A stretch of DNA of 64,000 nucleotides, from NCBI RefSeq assembly GCF_018977255.1, contig NW_024704743.1, positions 95,110,001 to 95,174,000 on the forward strand. The letters are read 5' to 3'. Each line of letters starts with the position of its first letter. The first letter of the stretch is position 1. The DNA comes from Callorhinchus milii (taxonomy: Eukaryota). The position numbers and the translations under genes are program-made. A model generated the notes under the pieces. That model saw nothing but the letters and a program-made list of their open reading frames with translations. It did not search any database and had not been told where the DNA came from. This document shows, piece after piece, positions 14,026 through 26,989 of the stretch.

Positions 14026-15046
14026 ATAATAATAAATCTCTTCAACAAACTCAACAGCTCCTGTACCTCAAAGAGGATACTGTGGATATTACCTAATATT
14101 TTCTGCCATAGAAAAATATAGTGTCAATGTCCATTTACAATTTGACTATTTTGGAAAGAATTGGGTCTTAAAAAGAACTCTTATATTGTTGTAATAATAA
14201 TACTTACATTTGATATTACGCCTGATCACATCGTTGATGTCACAACCCGCTTCACAGAGTATACTGTAAAGTGAATTGACTGTATATTTGTGCTTCTGCT
14301 ATCATACCATCATTTTATGAAATAAGCTGATACTTGAATATAATGGCTGACCTTTGACGAGTTCTAATGGGGCTTTGTTGAACTCTTTAGTAATTGCCTG
14401 GACCAATACTACTTGGATTTTTACATTTTTTAATGAAAAGATGTAAGGCTGTGCTTTGAGGTTTCATTTGTAAGAAAGGACCAGTGATAGCGCACCATGC
14501 ACCTGACAAAATGGTACAGATGTGGTGCCTGGCATTGTATTGAATCGATGGGCCTTTGTCTCATTTATTGCATAGAACACTTGTGTTTCTATCTTTTTTT
14601 GCCTTAATCCTTGCATTTGATACAGTGCCTTTTACGTCTTTGGAATTTCATGCAGTATAACTTAAAAAGAGCAATCAGTTTCATTGTTTTTTTTCATCAA
14701 GACCATAGATTTATTCCATAACTTCTTGCCAAGTAACCGTTCCTTTGTCAGTTAGTTTCTTTTTGGCGCTCATGTTGGTCAACTCCTTCATGTTGTGATT
14801 TCAAGGCTTAATGCCAACTGTCAAAGATGGGCAAACGTGAATGGTAGGCAGCAGGTGGAACAAGCAGCTGTGTCCCTATTTAAACCCAGTGAGACAGCAT
14901 AATGTATCTACTGATTCTATTTAGTGTACAACTGAGTGTAAAGATTATATTCGATCTATTAGCAAATTGGAATTTCACAGATTTAAAAAAAAAAGCTGAC
15001 CATCGTGTAGACATTTTGGCCAGTTTAGATAATAGTTCATATAGTT

Positions 15047-15340
15047 GTGGAGTCCTGTAGCTCAGTGGTTAGAGCACTGGGTTCAATTCCAGGCATGTCA
15101 GGGTGAAACCTTGTGCAAGTTTCCTTACTCCACACGCCTATTAATAATCCCTCCAAAAAAACAAAACAATAATAAATTGGTCATTTTCAATCTGCGACTG
15201 TTTGTGGGACATTGCTGTGCGCAATTGGCTGCCGCGTTTCGCCCACAAATATACAGTCAATTCACTTTACAGCATATTCTGTGAAGCGCTTTGAGATGTC
15301 GAGAAGACGTGAGAAGTACTATATCAAATGCAAGGATTAT
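15047..15340 (+). mobile_element. young tRNA-SINE with a deletion in the anticodon-arm region of the head
   Basis: gtggagtcctgtagctcagtggttagagcac|tgggttcaattcc...aaatgcaaggattat. Confidence 0.9.
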
Positions 15341-15624
15341 ATATTTATACTGACCAGGCAAAGTGTAACTATCTTCATCGTAGGGAGATGAGCAGGGTCT
15401 CTCTGGGTGGAGCTGGTGAAGGAACAATTAACCTAAGTCAACTCTGTGGTGAACTCAATGATCCAGTGCCTGAGCAGTCAGATCTGCAGTCCTCAAGACT
15501 AATGTTGATGATTAATTAGCATGTTTGGCTCGTAAATGCAATGTGAAGGTGTAATGCTACTGAGAAACCACACTGACAACTCATCAAGTTAATTCTAAGG
15601 GGTAAGGTGGGCCAAGCTGGACAG

Positions 15625-16005
15625 CAACAACAACAAAATTACATTTGTAAACGCTTTTCACGTCAGGAGGACGTCTCAAGGCGCTGAACAGTCAGGGATC
15701 AGGACCCGAGTGGGCGGGCAGGGTTGGGATGAGGGAGGACAAAGTGGGTAAGAGGACGGCTGAAGGCACGGTCAAAAAGGAGGATCTTAAGTCGTGCCTT
15801 GAAGAAGGCATGAGAGGGAGCAAGGCAAACGGATTGTGGGATGGAGTTCCAAAGAGTGGGGGTAGGGAGTTTGAAAGCCCGGCCGCCGATGGTAGGACAG
15901 GTCAGGCGGGAGACCTGGAGTAGGCCGGAGCCTGCTGAGTTCTGGGAGCGGACAGGTCAGAGATATAGGAGGGCCTTGAAAGTGAGGACGAGGATTTTGA
16001 ATTCT
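15625..16005 (-). mobile_element. L2 LINE 3' fragment
   Basis: (TTG)n tail, stem-loop, and a 3' UTR homologous to the other L2 copies. Confidence 0.85.
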
Positions 16006-16408
16006 GGTAGAATTCTTGCAATGAGGAGCATATTAAAGGAAATGTCTTCATAGCACTCTTCAACAGAGCCCTGCATCGCTATAGTTAATCTGTGTACACC
16101 CAGTTTATGGCACTAAAAAATGCCCAACTTCTGGGGTGTAACATTGAGATTTCAGTCACGTCCTGTGCTTGTGTATGCTATATACAGAAAGCACTGCTGA
16201 AGGTCGCTTGCTGCACGTACATATTGCTGCATATGTAAAACCACTGTCTCTGCACAAATACACTATCCATAGAAAGCCAGGAGATATTAGTAGCACTTCC
16301 TGCACAATAGCAGTACATTATAGTGAACCATTGCAGTATGAATGGAAGAAAAAATAACTTTCATTTTTGTAGGGCTTTATCACATTGACTTGCATGTTTC
16401 ACAGGTCT

Positions 16409-16733
16409 ATAATAATAATAATAGTAATCCTTGCATTTGATATAGCGCTTTTAACGTCGGGAAGACGTTCCAAAGCGCTTCACAGAACACTGTAAAGTGA
16501 ATTGACTGTATATTTGTGGGCGAACGCGGCAGCCAATTGCGCACAGCAATCTCCCACAAACAGTCGCAGATTGAAAATGATCAATTTATTATTGTTTTGT
16601 TTTTTTGGAGGGATTATTATTAGGCTCTGTGTGGAGTAAGTAAACTTGCCCAAGGTTTTGCCCTGCCTGGAATTGAACTCAGGTCTCTCGCTTGCAAAGC
16701 GAGTGCTCTAACCACTGAACTACAGGACTGCAC
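16409..16733 (-). mobile_element. full-length young tRNA-SINE
   Basis: Head, core and (ATT)n tail all present. Confidence 0.92.
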
Positions 16734-19202
16734 AAAGTCCTCCTCCTTATCTAGCTAAAGGGGTTGCATGAAAGTTCTTCCACTTGGTCTAGTGAAGCAT
16801 GTAAGCATACTGTCTAGTGTGGTGACTATTTTTTAGGCAAATCAGTCAAACCCCTCCAATTTCTGAAGTGTACCTGGAAGTGATTATTTTTGCCCTTAAG
16901 CCAACCGTGTGATTCTGGGCACATTCTGTTTTAAAATTTGGCAAGTAAATGTTTGTCGAATCCTCACTTCAAAGCAAGATAAGCAATGACAACTGTAAAG
17001 TCCAATTGGACTAAAGTGTAAATAAAATCTGTTGTTCAGAATTTGGCTTCAAATATCTATTGCAGAAATTTATTATTTTAAGAAAATATAATGGTATTGC
17101 AGCAGTATGAATGTAACTGTTGCAAAGTCATTTGGGTATTGATTGGTAAAAAGATTTAGTTGTGGTATGGTGGGCCAAATTGCCATCTCCTGTACTGAAA
17201 ATGTCTCAAGATGCAAGTATGGGCTTTGCAACTCTACGAATATTTCCACTTGATCTCTTCTCTAGTCTCTTAAGTAGCCTATGCAGTCAAAGATGATTAA
17301 TATATAAAAGAAAACGAGGCAGGGAGTTGTGCTTTAAAGGAAGGCAACGTCTCATGATGTCAAAATATCTAAAAGGGACTTCATCTTCGCATGAATTTTC
17401 CTCAGGCGTTCAATGTCATCCCACTCAAGTGGTATGTGGAGGATGGCTAAGAATGAAGAAGAAATGCTTCTAAGTAGTACAAAGGCAGTAGCACAGTGAG
17501 CTTTTCTGCAGTCCATGGATTTGAACAGTGCATGGCTTTATACTGTTACACACTGGACACTGTGTTCAATTCTCATTTACTGATTTCTTTGTCAAAGTCT
17601 ATCGGAAACTAAAGATTAATGTGATCTGTATAAAAGCGTGACTTGACAGTAATTCCTTGTGGCTTTGGGGATCCAGCCGTTTGAGCAAATAATAGTCTAC
17701 TGTATGTAAAGTACAATTTATAGTTATTTGTTTCATAAAACAGTACTGGAGCAAGTAGAAAAGTTTGGGATGATTATTTTGCTCATCAAAGGTAAATAAA
17801 ATGGTGCTGGAAAATGGTTATTTTGTTGGGCGCTCAGTGTCTGCATTAAAAATTAGAGATTAGGTGTAGAATAGAGAGACGTGGAATCAAGCTCCTTATT
17901 CTCTGCCCTATCAAAGTGATTTCCCCCCCTTAATGTTCTACTATAAAATTGTGCCTTTCTCATAGAGTTACCCCAAGGCTCCTTGAAGTGAAAGAAAACC
18001 AAATAACTAGAGCAGGTTGCCAGGAAGAGTGGTTGAGGCCAAGACCCTGGACCATTTAAAGCATTTACAGTTTAATGCTTACATGGGTAGATGGGCGGGT
18101 AGGTTTTCTAGAAGGATTGAATCAAATGAGCCAAAGGCTCTTCTTCATCTGAATCGATCTTGTAAATTCACTACAATCTTGGTGTAGACTACCCAAGCTC
18201 ATTGCAGATAGAGCCTTAGATTTAAGGAAAATTGTATTCATGGTTAACTTGATACCAGTTTTTACAACCAGCCATTGATTTAGTGCCAGAACTTTGATCT
18301 ACAATTGTGATATCATTCCAGTTATATAGAAATTAATGGACATAAAATATATTTTTCTCCAGTTGGATTTGCAGTAGTAAATGGTTAACCTGAGGGTTAC
18401 AGATGTGATAAGTGTTTCAGAGGCCCACAATATGTTATGGTCTTAGCCTTAGGACCATTGTCTTAAAATGTGACTGCTCAGAATTATTGAAAATTCTTCA
18501 ACTCAGTACTAATGTTGAAGATGGGTTTCCAGTGTTCTTTGTATAGTGCTCAGTTAGAAGAATTTATATTTTTTTGTAGAAATATTTAATGATTTAAAGC
18601 CACATTCTCTCATTTTAATCACAATAAAATTGGCACATTTCTCAATATTCATAGCATGTACTGTACTATCATCATGGGCGATACTTTCAGACTTCTAACC
18701 TTAAAAGTCATGTATTTTTAAATCCTGTTTGATTTAGTCAGGCACTCTTGTAATAACATAATAGTTTATCTGCTCTCTGTGTATCATTTGGAAGGACTCT
18801 CAGTATTTAAAGTTCAAGGGATTTGGATTCCTTGATTTCTTGAGTATACCGGAGTACAAATCTGTAGGTTACGTAACTTTTAAGTTTATAAACTCAAAGA
18901 ATTGAATGTACCTCATTTAGCCTTTTTGACAACATTTTATTCACTATGAATGTCGCTGTACCCTGTTGATTCCACAGATGAACTTTAATTTCTATATGAT
19001 TCACAGCACTTTGCTAGTCGAGAGCCCTTTATCCACCCTGCAATGTTAATATAAAAAACAGTGCTAGTATTAGGTGTGGGTGGGTGTGTGTGTTTCTCTT
19101 TTTCTTTCAATATTGCAGCCCATGTTCTGAAATGTGTGTGATAATCAGTGTGTACAGTAAGCTGATAATCCAACCCTGGCTTAACACGTCACTACCACTT
19201 AT

Positions 19203-19530
19203 TAGAGTGGACCAACTGGTGTCGTGCGGGCCACATCCAGCCCAGGGGATGATTTCATCCATTTCCAACTTCATTGTTTTACCTCCATGCTGCGCCTTTC
19301 TTTCGGTCACTCTCTGCAGTACCTCATGCCTTGTACAACCTTGTGAGAGACATTGGAAGAGGCACACACAGCAAGATTATTTTAAAAAGGTATTGTTACA
19401 TAATTGCATTTCTAAAACTACAGACTATGAGTCTCAGTAAGAAACGCAAGGTAGATGAGGAAAATAGAGGACACTGGAGCTCTGGTTCAAGAGAAACATT
19501 TTCCAGTTTTTTTTGGTTGATTGTTAGGGC
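19203..19530 (+). mobile_element. hAT (Charlie/SPIN-like) DNA transposon 5' remnant
   Basis: The 5' end tagagtggaccaact...gcgggccacatccagccc resembles Charlie-type termini; downstream ATGAGTCTCAGTAAGAAACGCAAGGTAGATGAGGAAAATAGA = MSLSKKRKVDEENR, typical of Charlie/GTF2IRD2-like transposase N-termini (from memory). Confidence 0.6.
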
Positions 19531-20910
19531 TATTAAATTATGTGCTATATCCTCTTGAAATGGATACCTCTTCTCGAGGAAAGAGTCATCCACTATCTTA
19601 ACCTACGAATCCTTTCAGTAATTGAAATACCTCAAATCAAATCAATCCTTAACCTCCTTAGCTCTAAGGAATATAAACCCAGTTATGTTGAATGTTTGCC
19701 CTTCGCAGAGGGAGGTCATGGTAGAAGAATCAGTACAACTTTGAATTTACAACGGGTGAATATTGTTAATCAAGATCCTTAAGCAGATTTGATATTAAAT
19801 ATTGTATTGAGCAGTAATGATTATAAGTGCATTTGATATCTGGAATCTAGCTCTCACTTATTTAATTCCATAAACAACTTGATTTGTTGCCCTTCATTTG
19901 CATTCTGAGTATTTACATGTCATAGTTTTTATGTAGGTGACCAAGGAGAACAGTATTCAATGACCAATATTTATTGCATTAAAGATACAGTTGACCTAGT
20001 TTGTAAGGGTGCAGGTTTGTGGCAGGAGAGATGGGAGAACAGTGTGTGCTCAGCTATCCTGGCTGTATTCATGTGTGGAGGAGACTAATGATCCTGAAAA
20101 CGAGGAGTACATATTACCCATATATTCACTACATTTCTGGCATTCATGCCCTATTTAACATTTCAAAGCCCCCCAAATGGCTACAAATATATAATTTATT
20201 TTATACCCATTGTTTCATGACTGTTTTAATCACTTGCTGCAGTTTGTCCCCACTCTCTGGAATCAATCCTAGAGTTCCTTCAACTTGCTCCCTCCCTCAC
20301 CTCATTCAAGATCCGTTTCAAGACCTACCTCTTTGACCGCATCTTTCCCCTCCTCATCCTCCTCGTCTGTCATCCTGAGGTGGGGTGCCAAGCCAAGATT
20401 AAGTGCCTTGACATTTTCCCGATGCTAAAGGCACTGTTTTGTATGCATATTGATTACCTGTAAGGTTGTTTCTTGTTTAACTTACTTTTAACAGTTCAGA
20501 AAAAATGCAAAATATTAAATTTGAATTGGACATGATTTCCAAATCCATCTTTGCTTGAAATGTTTATTGCACAATTGGAAGAGTTCATAATTAATGTCTG
20601 AGTCCATCGTGAGCTGGTTGTGAAAAAAAAACTGAGCTGATTGTCTTTTAGCAATGCAGTGGATATGTGATGAGCACTCATAGAAAGTATATCCTACAGA
20701 TAATTTACCTGATAATTTACCAGTGACTATGTTCAAGGTTACACTCAGCCCCGCAAGTGAAATATAGATCATTATCCTCCAATTAATGTGCTGTGCTTAT
20801 ATGACAACTCAAATCTGTAAACTCTGATACACATAGGGACTGTGGACTGGTTTCAGTAGTGATGAGAAAATTCAACCTCCTCCACCCCCATACAGTATAT
20901 TGGATATATA

Positions 20911-21224
20911 GGAGTCCTGTAGCTCAGTAGTTAGAGCACTCGCTTTGCAAGTGAGAGACCTGAGTTCAATTCCAGACAGGGCGAAACTTTGGGCAAGTTT
21001 CCTTACTCCACACAGAGCCTAATAATAATCCCTCCAAAAACAAAAACAATAATAAATTGGTCATTTTCAATCTATGACTGTTTGGGGGACATTGCTGTGC
21101 GCAATTGGCTGCCGCGTTCGCCCACAAATATACAGTCAATTCACTTTACAGTGTGTTCTGTGAAGTGCTTTGGGACGTCCTCCCGACGTGAAAAGCGCTA
21201 TATCAAATGCAAGGATTATTATTA
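20911..21224 (+). mobile_element. full-length young tRNA-SINE
   Basis: Head with a TGC anticodon-like arm (ctcgc tttgcaa gtgag), core and tail. Confidence 0.92.
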
Positions 21225-21489
21225 TATATTATATTTATTGGCTGACTTGTTTAAAGCTTGGAAGGATCAAAAGAGCAAAGTTCAGAGGAGCAGTAAGGAT
21301 GATAGTATTGATAAAGAGACTGGAAAGGTTAGATGGACCAAGAGAGGTTGGAGGCCAGGAATGAAGGGAAAAGCCACCCATCAGATGAAAAGTTCTGAAA
21401 AGTTGACCAGGCAACAGATATATTTAGTGCAAGTCTTCCTTAACCAACCGCCATCACTTTGTCTCTGCAAATGTTTTTTCCTCCCACCC

Positions 21490-22482
21490 TCGCCCGGTCA
21501 TCTGCGTGGTACCCCAAGATTCCATCCTTTGCCCCCTTTTTCTTACATGCTCCCTCTCGGCGATGCCATTCACAGACACGGGGTAAACCTTCGGATGACA
21601 CTTAGTTCTCCTCCAGCTGCGACTCCAGGTCCACTGATGTCTTGCTAGCTTGTTTGTCAGACATTACAGCTTGGATGGTCGCAAACTTCCTGCAACTGAA
21701 TGTCGACAAGACGGAATCGATACTCCGTGACTCCCATCAACATCTTCTCTACTGTGACTCTGACCTCCTCAATCTCCCCAGCCAATCTCTAAGACTTACC
21801 AAACCTGTATGTAACCAAGGCGTCAGGTTTGATCCACAACTTTCTTTCCTATCCCGCATTCGGTCCCTGGCCAGGAGCGCTTTCCTTCACCTGCGTCACA
21901 TTGCCCACCTCTTACTGTAGCTCATACCAAATACAGCCAAGACCCTTGTCCACTCTTTCATCACCTCATCTCCTCTTGATTATTCCAATGCCCTCCTCGC
22001 TGGTCTCCCCAGTTCCATTACCCACAAAATCCAGGCCTCCACCACTCGTATACTCACTCACTCTAAACTCTGTACCCCCTCAGACCAGTCTTCGGCAGGC
22101 TTCATTGGCTCTCTATCACAAATTGTATTGACTTCAAGATCCTCACACTCGTCTACAAATTTCTTTACCCATGGCACCTCCCTACCTTTCTGACCTACTT
22201 AATCCCCACTCCCCTGCCTCCACTCGCTGGCTCCGGGCTCCAGCTTGTCCCTCATCCCCTCCGTTACACCACTGATGGCTGGAACTTTGGAACTCTGTCC
22301 CTCAATCTGTCTGCCTTTTCCCCTCGTTCCCCTTTTTCAGATCATGTCTGACGTCCTTCCTCTTTCACCGTGCTTACAGTCGCCTTCTCCTTCCCTGTGG
22401 CTCGGCATCAGGCTCCGCCACTGTTTAGTGCTCCGAGACGCTACACTGCGTGAAGGGCCATATACAAATGCAAGTTATTGTT
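21490..22482 (+). mobile_element. degraded L2 LINE RT-to-3' end
   Basis: YMLPLGDAIHRHGVN; CLSDITAWMVANFLQLNVDKTE; tail gaagggccatatacaaatgcaagttattgttg. Confidence 0.85.
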
Positions 22483-22507
22483 GATGTGTTGGATTTTTAT
22501 CCACGAG

Positions 22508-23569
22508 TCATGATCTGGGCCAGTAGAAAAGTGCGGAAATATTTGCCAAACGTTGCAGGGGGATTTGAAAATTCTGCAGGGGGTTGGTTTGTGCTATTGA
22601 GGTCAACCTACATTTTTTTTCACTATTGATAAAAACTAAACATGAAGAAATAACACATTAGATTGTTGCAAAAAAAAATTAATTGCTTCTTTAACAAAAA
22701 TTGGGTGGCCCATTTTCTTTGGGGGAGGGGAGACAGATACCAGCGAGGCTACAGGAGCTCACCCCCTCCTACCTCTCAGGGCCTGGTACCACACAAAAAC
22801 CCAGAGAGAGAGAGACACATACACTCACTCACTCAGACATACACACACGAGCACACATTCACAGACACAGAATGACACAGACTCACAGACAGAGACACAC
22901 ATTCTCAGAAAGAGATACACATTCACACAAAGACACTCATAAACACACATACTCACAAATGCATACATACTTTACTTTACAGTGTGTTCTGTGAAGCGCT
23001 TTGGGACGTCCTCCCGACGTGAAAAGCGCTATATCAAATGCAAGGATTATTATTATTATTATTATACAGAGGAGAGATACACTCACAAACACAAAGATAC
23101 TCAGACACTCACAAACACACAGAGACATATAGACACTCACAAACACAGAGAGACACACAGACACTCAAACACAGAGACACACTCACATAGACACTCACAA
23201 ACAGAGACGCACACTCACAAACAGAGACGCACACTCACAAACAGAGACACACTTACATAGAGACAATCACAAACACAGAGACACTCAAAGAGAGAGAGAT
23301 ACACAGACACTCACAAACACAGAGAGACATTCACAAACCCAGAGAGAGAAACACACAGACACACTGGCAATCACAACAGCGGGGCCTCCGAGTGAAGCCC
23401 ATTTGCCGCTTTTGCTTCACTGCGCATCCGGAGCTGCCCTGCCCGCCGTGACATCAGGTACACAGCGTTGAAACTACATTCGTTGTGGGTTTGTAGCGGC
23501 GTGGAGGGCGTTTGTAGCTGATTCCGCAGAAAAAGTGCAGCCGCACTTTTCTATTGGCCCAGGTCATGA
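22508..23569. mobile_element. non-autonomous DNA transposon (MITE-like) with 29-bp TIRs
   Basis: TCATGATCTGGGCCAGTAGAAAAGTGCGG (22508-22536) versus the reverse complement of 23541-23569, 27/29 identical. Flanks TCCACGAG / TCCAAGGG (6/8) are a possible TSD. Confidence 0.75.
22790..23365. repeat. (CA/GA)-rich degenerate minisatellite (ACACAGAGACACTCACAA-like), with a SINE tail inserted at ~22970-23065
   Basis: Low-complexity repeats visible directly in the sequence. Confidence 0.9.
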
Positions 23570-25318
23570 TCCAAGGGAGCTAAAATGAGCAACAAGGACA
23601 TCAGAACGAACATAAGCACCAACATGTCATTTGATTCAATAGTTGGAAAATAAAGACTGAGATAAGACTTACGTTTCAGTGAGGAAACCTAGTTGGGGAT
23701 GAACTAAGTAAAGGTGCAAGCGCAGATCGTCCAGATAGGAGATGCCACAAATCATGAAGGACAAAGTGGGATGGAGATTGGGTGAGGAAGGTGCAGTCTA
23801 CGAGATAGCAGTGTGATGTGAAACATTAGTGCATTTACACATTGTTGGTAAGGGGAAGAAAGCACAGTTGGAGGGCAGTCATAGTTTATAGCATAAGAGG
23901 AATCTAACAGATCCCTCCCTCTTATGTGTGGAATAATGGTGACCTTTGTGGTAACCCCATTTTCCGTGGTAACTGCATGGAAAATGCACTGTTGCAATAG
24001 CAAACCCTGCAGTGGCAGTATAGTTATAATGGGATTTTCATATGTGGATACAGAAATTTTCCAAAAAGCTTCTCAGTCGGAACGCTTCCATTGCTGCAAG
24101 AAAATATTTGTGGAGCTGACATTATCGAATGCAATGTAAGAAAATTATCTGAAATTCATAATTTCCCTATACCATTAGTTAACTGTATGTTAGGTAGGGA
24201 TGTGTGTGTCAAGGAATCCATCGAATATATAAAAGAATACGTCAATGATCGTCTTTCAAAAGGAAACAATCATCCTTAAATTGAAAGTTTTGGCTTATTT
24301 TTTGAGGACCTCAAGGTTTTAGGAATTAAATGTTCTATTCCAGTAATGTTAGACATTCATAAGAAAGCACTTCAAACACAGTAGTTTGAATTCACGATTA
24401 GGTGCTGAAGTGTGTGATATCCAGTGGGAAATCTTATACTTTTTATTTTTGGAACCCATACAAGAAGCTGTTGTAGAAAAAAAACTATGGGAGTGCTTCC
24501 TTGTTAGGGTGTTGTACAGGATTAAAAAAAGTTGTTGCAGTGGGTCACTGATAAGAAAAATATACGTCATAGAGAGGAGGGACGGATGTACTGCCTTCAA
24601 CGAAATGCAGAAACATTTTTGTATATAGAACATTGCCAAATAAAAGCTTTTGCTTTGATTTTCTAGTTTAAAAGGTGTGATTCCTGTGTTGTACCTGTCT
24701 GGTTTTCGTAATATATAATGTAATTTAAAGTACCTGAAATTGGTGTGTATTTGGAGGTAGTTTGTGAAACAGACCTGGAGCGGTTTGTACTTCCCAGTAC
24801 TGTGAGCACACAACTGAATATCTACTGGAGTAGTGTTCATTTTGAGCCCTGTGCAAACTTCTTTAAAAGCTTTGCTAAGTGGATTCATAACTAGCGGCCT
24901 TCTAAATTCATGTTGTGCCACTGATAACACAAAACAATTTGAGGTTTTGTACTTTAGAACCAGCTTGAGGAATTGTGTAATGTTATGACAGTTGGTTCTA
25001 TTTTTAGTTTATAAATGAATGCAGTAATTGCTGTGACTCACTGTTTGCAGGCTTGAAATGCTGGTGCAAAATTGGTCACTGCAACTATGTGAATGTTGCA
25101 CAGACAAGAAGTCTATGGCTACTGGCTCAATCAGAACCATGATATTTTTGCCATTACTAACTTAAGTCAGATATGGACAGTTAACTGAATTCTTTCAACC
25201 TTTAGTTTTGCATTGGCACAGTCAAGATAAAGTGCTGGGGATAGCAAAGCAGATTACAGTATCTTCAAGCGTGCCAGGACACTACCTTGCGTGAAGGGCG
25301 CTATATAAATGCAAGTTA

Positions 25319-25626
25319 GTGGAGTCCTGTAGCTCAGTGGTTAGAGCATTCGCTTTGCAAGCGAAAAACCTGAGTTCAATTCCAGGCAGAGGGCGAAACC
25401 TTGGGCAAGTTTCCTTACTCCACACGCCTTATAATAATCCCACCAAAAACAAAAACAATAATAAATTGGTCATTTTCAATCTACGACTGTTTGTGGGACA
25501 TTGCTGTGCGCAATTGGCTGCCGCATTTGCCCACAAATATACAGTCAATTCACTTTACAGTGTGTTCTGTGAAGCGCTTTGGGACGTCCTCCCGACGTGA
25601 AAAGCGCTATATCAAATGCAAGGATT
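25319..25626 (+). mobile_element. full-length young tRNA-SINE, directly behind an L2 tail remnant (25267-25317)
   Basis: Head, core and tail as in the other copies. Confidence 0.92.
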
Positions 25627-25959
25627 TTTTAAAAGTTGTTGTGTATCATTTTAACTGTTTTAGCCATGCAGATTTTCTAGAAAATCTATTCGGTCTTAGA
25701 AATATCCTGAAGTTTTATGTGTACATCTGTGATAGTTTAAAATCCAAATGAAATAATGTCTGAAGCTTTAAAACTTCATGGATTTCTGCTGGATAAAAAT
25801 ACCATGATGTAGTTGCCTTCCTTTGTCATGATTAAGTTGGTTTCAAAGCAAATCAATGTTACTTATTAAGATTGGTAAAATGGATGTCTGGTACTAAATC
25901 TTACTGTGGCATTTTTATTTCATCCACAGGAAAGGAATGGCCAATTTTTGTTTTTCTGG

Positions 25960-26586
25960 GAGATTATTGACAAGTTGACAGGAGACATTTCCTTCTCTTC
26001 GAATAGCGCCACTGGATTTTAATATCTTCCTGAACAAGCAAAAGGGCCCTCAGTTTATTGTCTCATTGAAGGACAGCATCTCTGACAATATAGGACTTCC
26101 CCAGCACTGTGTTGATTTTAAGACCTCGTTTTTTCTGTTAAAGCTCCACTGTAGTGCTTCAACTTACCTCTGTGACCTACTAAAACCATAGCAACCTCTC
26201 CACTCAGCAGCCTGTTCTATGTCTGCAGCCTACCCACCCCAACGTTGGCAGTTGGGCCTTTGGTCTTTCTGCCCCCACCCTCTTGGAACTCCATCCAAGA
26301 ATCTCTTTGCTTCACCCTCATCCTTTGCATCCTTAAAGGTGCTTCTCATTTATCATGCCTTTGGTCATCCTCCCATCCCCAACCCCCTTGCCCACCACTC
26401 CTTTAGATTGCAACTCCAAATCAATAGATCACAATCCCCATACCTTGGGATGTCCTCCTGACGAGAAAGGCGCTATATACATACATGCAATTTGTGTTGT
26501 TGTTTATAGCACTGCATTAGAGTGTCAACTTAGAATATGAGCTCCAAGACCTAATGTGGGGCTTGAACCTTCTGACCTAGAGGCAA
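25960..26586 (-). mobile_element. older Deu-SINE split by an L2 3' fragment (26110-26507, + strand) with 7-bp TSD AGCACTG
   Basis: Homologous to the 32-580 element; AGCACTG at 26103-26109 and 26508-26514 flanks the insert. Confidence 0.65.
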
Positions 26587-26824
26587 ATAGTTTGGATCAA
26601 TTTGCTAACACTGATCCTTAAACTCGGTGTTTAAAATCAGCTAAAGCTTTGCTTCCAATAAGATGGATCTCGTTCTGAAGGAACAGTATAAGGCAGTGCT
26701 GATTTTATTTATTTTTTTATTTTGTTGAGTGTAAGTATTAATGTGTATGATAAGAAATACACATACACAAGCATAAATGGGAGCAGGGAAAGAATACCTC
26801 CTTAAAGCTGTTGAACGTGTCTGA

Positions 26825-26989
<165 letters not shown>

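Noticed and set aside
20911..20980. SINE heads (also 11131, 15047, 16733, 25319) as tRNA-Ala(TGC) genes
   Set aside because: They lack a proper acceptor stem and terminator, and always continue into the SINE core and L2-type tail.
20989..21648. 219-aa ORF and recurring SSRREKRYIKCKDY peptides
   Set aside because: Read-through of SINE and L2 sequence; the peptide recurs because the repeat recurs.
24349..24930. 193-aa minus-strand ORF
   Set aside because: No recognisable domain or splice structure; likely a chance ORF antisense to an intron.
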